Source of the DNA: a virus
Direction: 5' to 3' (one strand)
Virus record (IMG/VR): IMGVR_UViG_3300025128_006668
Span: 1 to 64,000 of that record
DNA length: 64,000 nt
Part shown: positions 20,112-30,205 of the stretch, one piece after another
Position numbering within the stretch: the stretch's first letter is position 1
Layout: each line of letters begins with the position of its first letter
Position numbers and translations under genes: made by a program
Notes under the pieces: generated by a model
The model's input: only the letters and a program-made list of their open reading frames with translations
The model's database searches: none
What the model was told of the DNA's origin: nothing

Positions 20112-20982
20112 GACTGTTTTGTTGACAGGCGGTAATGGTTTCATAGCTAGAAGCCTAAATGAAAGCCTGCTAGAATACAATGTTCTTTGCCTTAGCAAGG
20201 AGCAACTAAATCTTCTAGACGCAGAGTCTGTCCAAAAGTCAATACAAGCCAATTCTGTAGACGTAGTGATTCATTGTGCTACATATGATGCAGCTCCAGA
20301 GTTTTCGACTAAAGACCCGAATAAAGTCTTAGAAAAAAATACAAGGATGTTTCATAATCTGGCAAGGTGCAGTGACAAGTTTGAAAAGATGATTTACTTT
20401 GGTTCCGGTGCGGAATTTAGCAGGCCGCACTGGAAGCCTTACATGTCAGAAGAATACTTCGATAAGCATGTACCTGACGACCAATACGGCTACTCAAAGT
20501 ACCTGATGAACAAGCATACCATAAGTTCCAATAATATATATAATCTCAGAGTCTTTGGTTTGTTTGGATTTTATGATGACTGGAGATATAGGTTCATTCC
20601 GAACGCATGCTGTAAAGCCTTATTAGATATGCCAATCAAGATGAGGCACAATGCAATATTTGATTACACTTATATTGATGACTTGGTCAGAGTCGTAAGG
20701 TGGGCAATAGATGGAAGACCAAAACACAAGGACTACAATGTTTGTACATCAAATCCACAGACCTATCAATATCTAGCATCTAGTATTTTAAAACAAGCTG
20801 GAAAAGATCTAGATGTAATAATTGAAAATAAGTCTCCGGCATACGAGTATAGTGGAGATAACTCAAGGATTATCAAAGAAACAGGTATGTCATTTATGAG
20901 CGTAGAAGAGTCTATCGAAAAGATATACACTCTATATAAAAAAAATAAGAGTATAATTAACAAAGAGCTTTTTGTATACTAG
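20104..20982 (+). CDS. NAD-dependent sugar epimerase/reductase
   Basis: TGGNGFIA, GSGAEF, YGYSK. Confidence 0.85.
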   Translation: MTKTVLLTGGNGFIARSLNESLLEYNVLCLSKEQLNLLDAESVQKSIQANSVDVVIHCATYDAAPEFSTKDPNKVLEKNTRMFHNLARCSDKFEKMIYFGSGAEFSRPHWKPYMSEEYFDKHVPDDQYGYSKYLMNKHTISSNNIYNLRVFGLFGFYDDWRYRFIPNACCKALLDMPIKMRHNAIFDYTYIDDLVRVVRWAIDGRPKHKDYNVCTSNPQTYQYLASSILKQAGKDLDVIIENKSPAYEYSGDNSRIIKETGMSFMSVEESIEKIYTLYKKNKSIINKELFVY

Positions 20983-20993
20983 AGGTTATAATC

Positions 20994-21602
20994 ATGAAAA
21001 ACTTTATAGAAGAGTTAGACACGATCAAAGATTACTACAGGGCGGGAAATCCGAGCCAAGGGCTTCCGGAAGAGCTATTCTTGTTTGTAAGTAGATGCAC
21101 TCCTATTGTGAATGTAGATACGCTTGCTTACGATAAAGAGAAGGGATTCTTACTTTCTTGGAGAGATGATGAATATGCTGGGAAGGGATGGCATGTTCCC
21201 GGAGGTATAGTTAGATTTAAAGAGAAGGTTGAAGACAGATTGCAAAAAACAGTTATTTCTGAACTAAAATGCACTAGAAACTTTACGTTTACAGCCTCTC
21301 CTGTTACAGTTCAGGAAGTCTTCCCAGACCATGAGACTAGAGGTCACTTCGTATCTTTCTTGTATACTGTTAGACTTCCAGAATATTATGAAATAGATAA
21401 TGGTAGCCTTTCTGCTACTGATGCTGGCTTCTTACAATGGCATAAAGAATGCCCAGATAACTTGGTTGAGTGTCAAGATATGTATATCCCTTTTATAGAT
21501 CACCAGTTCTATGATATAAATACACACTTGTCTCCAGATCCTCTACCCTCAGAAAGTCAACAGTCACAACAAGACGAAGAAGACTGCGGCTGTGGTAGCT
21601 AA
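20994..21602 (+). CDS. NUDIX hydrolase, GDP-mannose mannosyl hydrolase-like
   Basis: TPIVNVD, WHVPGG.VRFKE....R......EL, RGHFVS. Confidence 0.8.
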   Translation: MKNFIEELDTIKDYYRAGNPSQGLPEELFLFVSRCTPIVNVDTLAYDKEKGFLLSWRDDEYAGKGWHVPGGIVRFKEKVEDRLQKTVISELKCTRNFTFTASPVTVQEVFPDHETRGHFVSFLYTVRLPEYYEIDNGSLSATDAGFLQWHKECPDNLVECQDMYIPFIDHQFYDINTHLSPDPLPSESQQSQQDEEDCGCGS

Positions 21603-21631
21603 ATAAGCGGCTAAATTGTAAGGATAAAACA

Positions 21632-22312
21632 ATGACGGCAGTGAGAAAGATTACGCCGGACACATACCCTCCGGAGCCAGATGATGTTTTTTCTTTAGAA
21701 CGACAAGATGAATTTGTTTACCATCTACTAGTTAAGCACATGTCTTCCAAAGGTACATTTCTAGACGTAGGGTGTGCGGCACCGGTAGGAGCTAACAATA
21801 CTTATGTATTGGAAAAGTACTTTGGCTGGGATGGGTTTGCTTTTGATATAGGTAATGTAGAAGAAGATAAAAACTGGAGCAAGTTCAGATGCACTCCATT
21901 TTATCAAGTAGATGCAACATCAGATAAGTTCTCTCGGTTATTGCAAGATTTGCTAGATGATAGGGTCGTAGAATATATATCGCTAGACATAGACATGGAT
22001 AATACATCTTTCGCTCTTGATGGGCTAAGAAGGATAATTGATGCCGGAGTAACCTTTAAGTCAATGAGTTTAGAACATGAGTCATTTAAGTACGGCGACA
22101 AGATCGCAACACCAACAAGAAAACTTCTTAGACTTCATGGGTATGAGACTCTCTTTGAGGATGTGTCATTTGAAAATGGAAATCCTTGGGAAGATTGGTG
22201 GATTAAGCCAGATCTGATTCCAATAAAAAATATAATGGACATAAGGAAGGTTGGTGCTACCTTCAATGAGTGCATAGAAGCCTTAATGGAATTTACAAGT
22301 TATGAAATGTAG
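21632..22312 (+). CDS. FkbM-like methyltransferase
   Basis: QD.FV, G.FLDVGCA.P...NNTY.LE..FGW.G, EDWW. Confidence 0.75.
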   Translation: MTAVRKITPDTYPPEPDDVFSLERQDEFVYHLLVKHMSSKGTFLDVGCAAPVGANNTYVLEKYFGWDGFAFDIGNVEEDKNWSKFRCTPFYQVDATSDKFSRLLQDLLDDRVVEYISLDIDMDNTSFALDGLRRIIDAGVTFKSMSLEHESFKYGDKIATPTRKLLRLHGYETLFEDVSFENGNPWEDWWIKPDLIPIKNIMDIRKVGATFNECIEALMEFTSYEM

Positions 22313-23444
22313 AGTATGTTGTGCTCCTCTGTTTGAGCACCCAATTTTTATACTAGAAGATATGCCAAAGGCAGCACAAGGCTTACCTAGCAGCTTAGAC
22401 ATAGCTATGAGAGAGTATCAAGGCATAACCCTTAAAGTATGCCAATGCTCCTCCTGCGGTTTAGTACAGCTAGACAACGAACTCGTACCCTACTACAAAG
22501 ATGTGATAAGGGCAACATCCGTTTCCGAGGAAATGAAATTCTTTAGGCTCGACCAGTTTCACAGGTTCATTTTGGAAAACGAACTATGGTCTAAAAAAGT
22601 TTTAGAGGTTGGATGTGGTAAGGGAGATTACCTCTCTATAATGAAGGAAGCCGGAGCTGATGCGTATGGAATAGAACACTGCCCTACGTCAGCTTTTTGT
22701 TGCAACGATAAGGGTCTTAATGTACAGTCCGGTTATATAGATAAGGCATCTTATAAACTTAATGAAGCTCCATTTGATGCGTTTTTTATAATGAACTTCT
22801 TTGAGCACCTACCAAATCCAAATGCTACATTGGAGTGCCTCAGTAATAATATTACAGAAGAGGCTGTTGGAATAATAGAAGTTCCCAACTTTGACATGAT
22901 GCTGTCTAATAATTTATTTTCAGAGTTCATACCAGATCACATATTTTATTTTACAGAGAAGACGCTTAGGTCAACTGTTGAAAGGGCCGGTTTTGAAGTG
23001 ATCTCGTGCGATAGCATATGGAACGATTATATTCTGTCAGTAACTGTAAAGAAGAAGAAAAAAATAGAGCGCTTAGACTTGTCCGAGTTTTATAAAAAAT
23101 TCTATACCGTTAAGGATGAGATACATTCGTATATAAGCTTATTTAGCGACGGTTCGGTTTCTGTATTTGGCGCTGGCCATCAGGCTTTAACTGTGGTGGC
23201 TATCTGCGACTTAAAACATAGAATTAAATATATAGTAGATGATGCTGTCTTTAAGCAACAAAAGTTTGCTCCATCAACATTTTTACCTATAGTTTCTAGA
23301 AAAAGTTTACATGAAGACCCTGTTGAAGGTATAATAATTATGGGAGCATCATATTCAGATGAAATATGTAAAAGCATTTTAGTAGAGTTCCCAGATTTGA
23401 GTGTAGCTATTTTAAGAGAAAATGGAATAGAGGTTATTAAATAA
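22302..23444 (+). CDS. class I SAM methyltransferase with N-terminal Zn-binding motif (NDP-sugar C-methyltransferase-like)
   Basis: CRVC...CSSCGLVQL, LEVGCGKG, FEH.PNP, IEVPN, FGAGH. Confidence 0.85.
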   Translation: MKCRVCCAPLFEHPIFILEDMPKAAQGLPSSLDIAMREYQGITLKVCQCSSCGLVQLDNELVPYYKDVIRATSVSEEMKFFRLDQFHRFILENELWSKKVLEVGCGKGDYLSIMKEAGADAYGIEHCPTSAFCCNDKGLNVQSGYIDKASYKLNEAPFDAFFIMNFFEHLPNPNATLECLSNNITEEAVGIIEVPNFDMMLSNNLFSEFIPDHIFYFTEKTLRSTVERAGFEVISCDSIWNDYILSVTVKKKKKIERLDLSEFYKKFYTVKDEIHSYISLFSDGSVSVFGAGHQALTVVAICDLKHRIKYIVDDAVFKQQKFAPSTFLPIVSRKSLHEDPVEGIIIMGASYSDEICKSILVEFPDLSVAILRENGIEVIK

Positions 23445-23445
23445 C

Positions 23446-23889
23446 ATGGCAGAGCTATCAATAGATGTTACAGAACAAGGAGATGGTGAGAGGCCAAAGG
23501 TAGGAGACACTGTGATGATGCATTACATACTCTGGGCCAACCAAGGAGTCACTAGTTCAGAATATGACTATGACAAAGAAGAATATGTAGACGAAATCTG
23601 CTACAGTACATATGACGAGTCAATACCTTTATCAGGTCCAGTGCCTATAAAAATAGGTTCTACAACCCCAAAAGATGAGATATATACAAAAGGGCAGTCG
23701 ATTGAAGGAATAGACAAGGCTCTCTTATCCCTTAATGTAGGTGGTAAGGCGACTTTAGATATACCTTACGAGCTGGGATACGGAGAAGAAGGAGCTAGCA
23801 GTTTCCATACCTTTCACGGGTACAGAACGCCTCCTTATCAGTCTATACGGTGTAATATAGAAGTAGTGTCAATAATTGAGGAAGCTTAA
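23446..23889 (+). CDS. FKBP-type peptidyl-prolyl isomerase
   Basis: GDG.RP..GD.V..HY, I.G.D.AL..L.VG....L.IPY.LGYG..G. Confidence 0.85.
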   Translation: MAELSIDVTEQGDGERPKVGDTVMMHYILWANQGVTSSEYDYDKEEYVDEICYSTYDESIPLSGPVPIKIGSTTPKDEIYTKGQSIEGIDKALLSLNVGGKATLDIPYELGYGEEGASSFHTFHGYRTPPYQSIRCNIEVVSIIEEA

Positions 23890-24327
23890 ATGGCTAAGAA
23901 AAAAGAGTTTGAGTCTAATGTAACTGGAGAAAAGTGGTTTAAGCATAACTCCAAAAGATGGTCTACTGTTATTAATCAAGTAGGAACTATCATGGAGGAC
24001 GAGATCCATGACGGTAAGCATGGGGAAAAGATCACGCTAAAAGCTGGCAGCAAGGTAATAATAGACGATATCCGAGGCAGAATTAAGCCTCAGTACAGAG
24101 TCATTGACTCTGATGGTAAGGTTTGGTTCGTGTCAGCTCTAAATGTCGAATTTAGCGAAGAGCAAAGAGAAGCTACAACTGATCATTACCAGTATCGAGG
24201 AGGTGTCAGAGTAGACAAAGGCTCAAGGCATGACGGAACACCATTAAATCCTCGCTATGAGGTAGACACTACAACAGAAGAAGAGTACAAAGCAGCAAGA
24301 AAATCAAGGAGTTCACAGAATGGCTAA
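23890..24327 (+). CDS. hypothetical protein (possible SH3-like fold)
   Basis: ORF track; abuts neighbours. Confidence 0.65.
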   Translation: MAKKKEFESNVTGEKWFKHNSKRWSTVINQVGTIMEDEIHDGKHGEKITLKAGSKVIIDDIRGRIKPQYRVIDSDGKVWFVSALNVEFSEEQREATTDHYQYRGGVRVDKGSRHDGTPLNPRYEVDTTTEEEYKAARKSRSSQNG

Positions 24328-25708
24328 TTCCCATAACCACATGTTTCACAATCCTTTAGAAGGAAATGTTCATGACCCAGCACCCATCTGGTCGGATGAC
24401 GAGCTGAGAGATTTTACTGAACAGTTGGCAAACGGCAAAAAGTTTACCCAAGAAGAGCTTGAAAAAATGAAGCAGGGTAAAGTTATGCAAGCTACAGAGG
24501 TTGGAGACGAAAATCTTAGACAAAACTGGCTAAAGAACTACAAGCCACATGTATATGACAAGATGATGAAGTTCCCTGAGAAGATTGCCAATGGAGAAAG
24601 TATTGCTATCATCCAATTTCAATATGACTATCTGTGTAATTTCGACTGTGAGCACTGTTGCATAGACAAGTTCTATGTCCCTAAAGACTGGGAAAAGGCC
24701 AGTGGGAGACGTAAGTTTGAACTAGAAGATGTGCGCCGTCTCTCAAAAGAATGTGATGAGATGGGTCTAGCAAACTTTGTTATCACTGGTGGAGAGCCGT
24801 TGATTATTAAAGAATATGACCAGCTTGTAGAAGCTATTGATCCATCAAAGTTTTATCTTGTTACTGACTCAAACGGCTGGTTCTTAGACTACGAAAAAGC
24901 AAAACACTTGAAAAAGATTGGGGTTGACAAGGTACAGCTCAGCCTAGACGGTGCATCTGCCGAAGACCACGATACATTTCGCAGGGCTCCCGGATCTTGG
25001 GATCGCGTCATGAGAGCTATTGACGCTTGTAAGGAAGCAGACTTGCATGTCATTCTTTCTACAGTTATCTGGAAAGACAGAATATATACAGAAGAATGGA
25101 AAAAATTCTTAGACTTTGCTGCTTCTAAGAAGGTCGGAACATACGTTGTTTATGCAAAGCCTGTAGGAGCATTTGAGAACGTAACTGATCAAATGATGAC
25201 AGAGACCGAAGGTAAAATTCTTCAGCAGTTTGAAGAAGAGTATGATATCTTTACACATATGACACCATCTTATGGGCGTGACATTGGCTGTATTGCTGTC
25301 AAGCGTATCCTGCCTGTTTCTAGATATGGAGATATTATGCCATGTCCGTACCAGCATATATCTTTAGGTAACTTCTTTGAAGAACCATTAAAAGATATAG
25401 TAGGAAGAGCTCTGAATATGAAATGGTTTGATCCTAGAAAGAACATGCCTTGTATCTGCGGCGTAGACAAAGGGTTCATTCAAAATGTCATTTCTGAATC
25501 ATATGGAGACTCTGAAGTTCCTGTTAGGTATGACAAGGTTTTAAACTCAGACGACTTCCTAGACAAAGGAAATATGGGAGACGTTGAGAAAGACAGTGGC
25601 TCCGGCAAAGAAAATGAGACTTGGAAGAATGCTCCTCTCATCACTGTCAAAGGGGCAAAGATCAGGCCTTTCAATCCAGTTACAGATTCTATCAATAGAG
25701 CTACATAA
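24320..25708 (+). CDS. radical SAM protein with SPASM/twitch-like C-terminus
   Basis: CNFDCEHC, TGGEP, SLDG, GC.A....YGDIMPCPY. Confidence 0.9.
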   Translation: MANSHNHMFHNPLEGNVHDPAPIWSDDELRDFTEQLANGKKFTQEELEKMKQGKVMQATEVGDENLRQNWLKNYKPHVYDKMMKFPEKIANGESIAIIQFQYDYLCNFDCEHCCIDKFYVPKDWEKASGRRKFELEDVRRLSKECDEMGLANFVITGGEPLIIKEYDQLVEAIDPSKFYLVTDSNGWFLDYEKAKHLKKIGVDKVQLSLDGASAEDHDTFRRAPGSWDRVMRAIDACKEADLHVILSTVIWKDRIYTEEWKKFLDFAASKKVGTYVVYAKPVGAFENVTDQMMTETEGKILQQFEEEYDIFTHMTPSYGRDIGCIAVKRILPVSRYGDIMPCPYQHISLGNFFEEPLKDIVGRALNMKWFDPRKNMPCICGVDKGFIQNVISESYGDSEVPVRYDKVLNSDDFLDKGNMGDVEKDSGSGKENETWKNAPLITVKGAKIRPFNPVTDSINRAT

Positions 25709-25717
25709 GGAGTAAGC

Positions 25718-26041
25718 ATGATTTCTTTTACCGAAAAAGCACTTGAGGTTATGGCTGACGCTGTAACAGATGAGTCACAAATGATAAGAGTATCCGTCAC
25801 AGGAGGAGGATGTTCTGGTTTCATGTATGGCGTTACAGTTGAAGACACTCCAAGAGAGGACGATCTTGTAATTGAGTTTGATGGTGTCAATCTTAAAATA
25901 TGTATAGACCCTAAAAGCTCTTTTATGCTAGACAAAACGATAGTAGACTATGAGTCCACTCTCGCCCAGTCGGGATTCAAATTTGTAAACGAAAACGCTA
26001 CTAAAACTTGTGGGTGCGGTCAATCTTTTGGCTGCGGTTAG
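25718..26041 (+). CDS. iscA: A-type Fe-S carrier (IscA/SufA/ErpA, HesB family)
   Basis: GGGCSG..Y, GFKF.N.NA..TCGCGQSF. Confidence 0.9.
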   Translation: MISFTEKALEVMADAVTDESQMIRVSVTGGGCSGFMYGVTVEDTPREDDLVIEFDGVNLKICIDPKSSFMLDKTIVDYESTLAQSGFKFVNENATKTCGCGQSFGCG

Positions 26042-26044
26042 AAA

Positions 26045-27448
26045 ATGTCTTCTACTATAGAGCAGCCCTCTAAAGAAGAATATCAGTATGGCTTTAAAGA
26101 CAACCATGCTAATATAGAAACCTTTGAGAAGGGCTTAACTTCAAAAACTGTAAAAAAAATATCTAGCATCAAGAAAGAGCCCAAGTGGATGCTTGAGCGA
26201 AGACTTGAGGCTTTGGATATATTCCATAGCAAGCCGATGCCTGAATGGGGCGGTAATATGGATGGTATAGACTTTGACAATATTGTATACTATGTCAGAC
26301 CATCAGAGAAGCAAGAGAAGGACTGGGATAGTGTACCCGAAGAGATCAGGGACACATACGATAAGCTAGGGATACCAGAAGCAGAAAAAAAATACTTAGC
26401 TGGCGTCAAAGCGCAGTATGAGAGCGAAGTTATATATGGTAGCTTAGATAAAGACCTGCAGGATATGGGCGTTCTTTTTCTCAGCACAGACGAAGCTCTG
26501 AAGAACCATGAGGAGTTGTTCCACGAATACTTCGGAAAAATCATACCTTCTAGAGATAATAAGTTTGCTGCCCTTAATACCGCCGTATGGTCTGGTGGGA
26601 GCTTTATTTACTTGCCTAAAGGCGTAAGTATAGATTTTCCTCTTCAAGCGTACTTCAGAATCAATCTGGAAAATATGGGACAGTTTGAGAGAACGTTAAT
26701 CATATGCGACGAAGACTCGCAGGCCCATTATGTAGAAGGCTGCACAGCCCCTGTTTATTCCACAGATTCCCTGCACTCGGCAGTTGTTGAAATAATAACA
26801 AAGAAGAACTCTAGATTCAGGTATAGCACAATACAAAACTGGTCTAACAATGTCTACAATCTAGTTACAAAAAGAGCTTATGCCTACGAAAATAGCGTCA
26901 TGGAGTGGATAGACGGAAATTTAGGATCTAAGCTGACGATGAAATATCCTGCTATATATCTAATGGGAGAAGGGGCTCACGGAGAAGTTCTTAGTGTTGC
27001 TTTCGCCTGCAAAGGTCAACATCAAGATGCGGGGGCAAAAGTTGTTCATGTTGCTCCAAATACATCGAGCAATATACTTTCTAAATCAATATCAAAGGAC
27101 GGCGGAAGATCTTCTTATAGAGGTCTTTGTCGAGTAGAGAAAGGCGCAGTAAACAGTAAATCGAATGTAGTATGTGATGCTCTGATACTTGACGAGGAAA
27201 GCAAGAGCGATACATACCCATACATAGAAATAATGGAACAGAGCTCCTCGGTAGGCCATGAGGCTAGCGTATCCAGAATAGGCGAGGAACAGTTATTTTA
27301 CCTAAAATCTAGAGGCTTGACTGAAGAAGAGGCTTCTAGTATGATTGTAGGAGGTTTTGTAGAGCCCTTAACGAAGGTTCTTCCTATGGAGTATAGTGTC
27401 GAACTTAACAAGTTGATACAGCTTCAAATGGAAGGGTCTATAGGCTAA
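26045..27448 (+). CDS. sufB: Fe-S cluster assembly scaffold SufB
   Basis: [56 protein letters not shown]. Confidence 0.95.
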   Translation: MSSTIEQPSKEEYQYGFKDNHANIETFEKGLTSKTVKKISSIKKEPKWMLERRLEALDIFHSKPMPEWGGNMDGIDFDNIVYYVRPSEKQEKDWDSVPEEIRDTYDKLGIPEAEKKYLAGVKAQYESEVIYGSLDKDLQDMGVLFLSTDEALKNHEELFHEYFGKIIPSRDNKFAALNTAVWSGGSFIYLPKGVSIDFPLQAYFRINLENMGQFERTLIICDEDSQAHYVEGCTAPVYSTDSLHSAVVEIITKKNSRFRYSTIQNWSNNVYNLVTKRAYAYENSVMEWIDGNLGSKLTMKYPAIYLMGEGAHGEVLSVAFACKGQHQDAGAKVVHVAPNTSSNILSKSISKDGGRSSYRGLCRVEKGAVNSKSNVVCDALILDEESKSDTYPYIEIMEQSSSVGHEASVSRIGEEQLFYLKSRGLTEEEASSMIVGGFVEPLTKVLPMEYSVELNKLIQLQMEGSIG

Positions 27449-27471
27449 GTTTATTAAAGAAAGGTGATACG

Positions 27472-27666
27472 ATGCCATTAAAAAGATGCTCAGAAAATAA
27501 TAAGTCCGGATGGAAATGGGGAGACCAAGGTAAATGTTATACAGGAGAAGACGCTAAGAAAAAAGCGTTGAAGCAAGGAGTTGCTATAGAAGGCCCCAAA
27601 AAATTCAGTGAGATGGCAAAGCAAAAGATCCAAGACATCAAGGAGTCGATTAAAAAGGAGCAGTAG
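27472..27666 (+). CDS. small basic phage protein
   Basis: MPLKRC...GWKWGDQGKCYTG..AKKKA motif; AAGGTG RBS. Confidence 0.7.
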   Translation: MPLKRCSENNKSGWKWGDQGKCYTGEDAKKKALKQGVAIEGPKKFSEMAKQKIQDIKESIKKEQ

Positions 27667-27978
27667 ATGAGTTCTAGCAGTAGAAATATTTTAGGAACAC
27701 TTACAGTACTAATTTTATTTTATTCGTTAACATACAAAGGAGAAAGTGACATGACGACAGAACCCGCAGCAGCAACAGAGGCTGAAGAAAAGGATTGTGG
27801 ATGTCAGCCACAACGCACCAGCGACACTGCCGAGTCTATAGTCTCTAACTTAGACCTAAGAACAAAGACTAAGATGCTCTCTTCGTCACACACCCCAAAG
27901 GACGTTCTTGTTCGCGCTTTACAAATGCAAATTGTAGAAGGCGCATGGCTAGAAAAAGCAAAGCAAGCTGGCTATTAA
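27667..27978 (+). CDS. hypothetical protein
   Basis: ORF track; the true start may be 27751 (AAGGAG RBS). Confidence 0.55.
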   Translation: MSSSSRNILGTLTVLILFYSLTYKGESDMTTEPAAATEAEEKDCGCQPQRTSDTAESIVSNLDLRTKTKMLSSSHTPKDVLVRALQMQIVEGAWLEKAKQAGY

Positions 27979-28019
27979 ATATGTAGAATTTTACATTTTT
28001 ATTTTCTTTCTCGCCATTT

Positions 28020-28283
28020 TTGATTTATAATATATTGGAGGACGATATGTCATATGCACTTTTAACCTCTACCTATTTCCCACTGAAGAAGGGTTGCTCA
28101 TACAGAATACTAGATGAGGGACTTGACTGGGTTAGCATCAAATACAAAGGATCGGGGATTGTAGTCCCAAGATGCTTGATACACCCAGACCCAATGGGAG
28201 AACTTTTTAAAATTACGGATTACATCGAAGAAGAAGAGTGTCTTCTTGATGATTTACTAGTAGAGAGTGTTATCTTTATTTAA
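28020..28283 (+). CDS. hypothetical protein
   Basis: ORF track; GGAGG RBS suggests start 28047. Confidence 0.55.
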   Translation: MIYNILEDDMSYALLTSTYFPLKKGCSYRILDEGLDWVSIKYKGSGIVVPRCLIHPDPMGELFKITDYIEEEECLLDDLLVESVIFI

Positions 28284-28296
28284 CTAAGGAACTACA

Positions 28297-28533
28297 ATGA
28301 AGAACAATGAAACTACAAACTGGGATTTACTTCTTTCCCGCCGCCAAAATCAAGCTACGATGAAGCGTTTTGCTACTGGCCAGTTAACAACGACTGCTGT
28401 GACAAAGCGATTTCAGAATACTGAGTATGCTGGAGAATTCAGACGCTTGATTCGTAACAATGGGACTACCTATGCCAGACGACTAGCTCGAAAGGCTTTG
28501 CGGTACCGAGGAATCCTTCAACCTTCATCTTAA
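28297..28533 (+). CDS. small basic hypothetical protein
   Basis: ORF track; AAGGA RBS. Confidence 0.65.
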   Translation: MKNNETTNWDLLLSRRQNQATMKRFATGQLTTTAVTKRFQNTEYAGEFRRLIRNNGTTYARRLARKALRYRGILQPSS

Positions 28534-28552
28534 AATTAAAAGGAGAACTTAG

Positions 28553-28948
28553 ATGAGCGATATTAATAAAGTTATTATTACAGGACGAGTTACTAGAGAT
28601 AGCGAACTCAGAACAACACCTAACGGCACGGCTGTTTCAGATGTAAGTGTTGTTTCAAACAGAGTATGGAGTAAGGCCGGTGATCGTCAAGAGGAATCTA
28701 CTTTTGTAGATGTAACCCTCTGGGGAAAGCAGGCAGAGTCCCTGACACCCTACCTAACTAAAGGACGACATGTTATGGTAGAAGCACGGCTAAAGCTTAA
28801 CAGCTGGGAAACCGACGAGGGTGTCAAGCGTAACAAGTTGACTCTTGTCGCTGAGAATGTCAACCTTACGCCAAACAATGCCAATCCTAGCCAATCAAAG
28901 CAGGAAACGGTTAGTGCATCCTCTAAGGACGACGATGCCCCGTTCTAA
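28553..28948 (+). CDS. ssb: single-stranded DNA-binding protein
   Basis: NKVII.GR.TRD.ELR.T, F.DVTLWGKQAE, acidic tail DDDAPF. Confidence 0.95.
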   Translation: MSDINKVIITGRVTRDSELRTTPNGTAVSDVSVVSNRVWSKAGDRQEESTFVDVTLWGKQAESLTPYLTKGRHVMVEARLKLNSWETDEGVKRNKLTLVAENVNLTPNNANPSQSKQETVSASSKDDDAPF

Positions 28949-28968
28949 TGCTTAGGTCTTAGGTATCA

Positions 28969-28999
28969 AAAGGGTTGCATATTGCAGCCCTTTATTTTT
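28969..28999 (+). terminator. intrinsic terminator after ssb
   Basis: AAAGGGTTGC-ATATT-GCAGCCCTTT then T-rich run. Confidence 0.65.
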
Positions 29000-29095
29000 G
29001 TAAGGATATAATAATGGAAAGTATTTTGTTTGACCCTCTTTTTTGGTGGTGCGCTATTGAAACAGAATATGAGATAGAGGAAGAAGAGTACTGCT

Positions 29096-30205
29096 ATGAA
29101 GAAAATTAACTTAATGGCTCCCGTAAATAAACTAGGGTATGGAGTCGCCGGAGCAAACATTGCTCATGAGCTCAACAAAATTTGCCAAGTCTCTCTCTTC
29201 CCAATAGGAAATGCGATAGATCCTCCTAGTCAAGGTGTATCGTCGAAACTCCAAGTGATGCTAGATAGGAAGTCAAGCTTTGACAAAGATGCTACGTGTA
29301 TTAAAATCTGGCATGAATTTTCTTTAGCCGAGAGAATAGGTGCTGGAAAGTTCATAGCGTTCCCATTCTTTGAAGTTAATAAGTTTGATAAAGTAAGAAA
29401 GCACCATATAGAGTCTTGTGATAAAGTAGTAGCGTCATGCGGATGGGCAAAGGACATCATTCTTTCTGAGACAGAGCAGAAGAACGTATCTGTTGTACCC
29501 CTAGGAGTAGACACGTCAGTTTTTTCTTTCATAGAAGAAGAGCAATATCCCCAAGAAAAATGTGTGTTCTTTAACTGTGGCAAGTGGGAGAAAAGAAAAG
29601 GTCATGATATACTCCTTGAGCTGTTCAAGCAAGCATTCCCAAACAATAATGATGTTGAGCTCTGGATGATGACTCAGAACCCTCTCTTTGACCAAAGGTC
29701 AAATGATAATTGGAACAACTATTACAAGTCAGATCCAAGAGTTGTCCTTGTAGGGAGAACTGAAACCCAAGAAGAGCTCGCTAAAATTATGAGACATACA
29801 ACTTGTGGTGTCTTTCCAAGTAGAGCAGAGGGATGGAATTTAGAAGCGCTGGAAATGATGGCGCTTGGCAAAGACATAATTATAACAAATTATTCTGCAC
29901 ATACAGAATTCTGCAACAGTGATAACTCACACCTCATAGAACCAATAGGCTTAGAGCCGGCTGTCGATGGAGTGTTTTTCAACGGGGACTTCGATGCAGA
30001 GTGGATGTCTTTAGACGGACTAGAAAAACAAATAATTTCAGAGATGAGATCTGTTTATGAGACATGGAAAAAGTCCAAAGGAATATTAGAGCCTAACTAT
30101 GCCGGAATAGAAACTGCAAACAAGTTTTCTTGGTCAGAGACCGCTAAAAAGTTACTTAAGGAATCATATGAAGATTCCAAGAATCAGGAGACTGTAGATG
30201 TATGA
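29096..30205 (+). CDS. GT4-family glycosyltransferase
   Basis: GKWEKRKGHD, FPSRAEGWNL..LE.MA.G. Confidence 0.9.
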   Translation: MKKINLMAPVNKLGYGVAGANIAHELNKICQVSLFPIGNAIDPPSQGVSSKLQVMLDRKSSFDKDATCIKIWHEFSLAERIGAGKFIAFPFFEVNKFDKVRKHHIESCDKVVASCGWAKDIILSETEQKNVSVVPLGVDTSVFSFIEEEQYPQEKCVFFNCGKWEKRKGHDILLELFKQAFPNNNDVELWMMTQNPLFDQRSNDNWNNYYKSDPRVVLVGRTETQEELAKIMRHTTCGVFPSRAEGWNLEALEMMALGKDIIITNYSAHTEFCNSDNSHLIEPIGLEPAVDGVFFNGDFDAEWMSLDGLEKQIISEMRSVYETWKKSKGILEPNYAGIETANKFSWSETAKKLLKESYEDSKNQETVDV

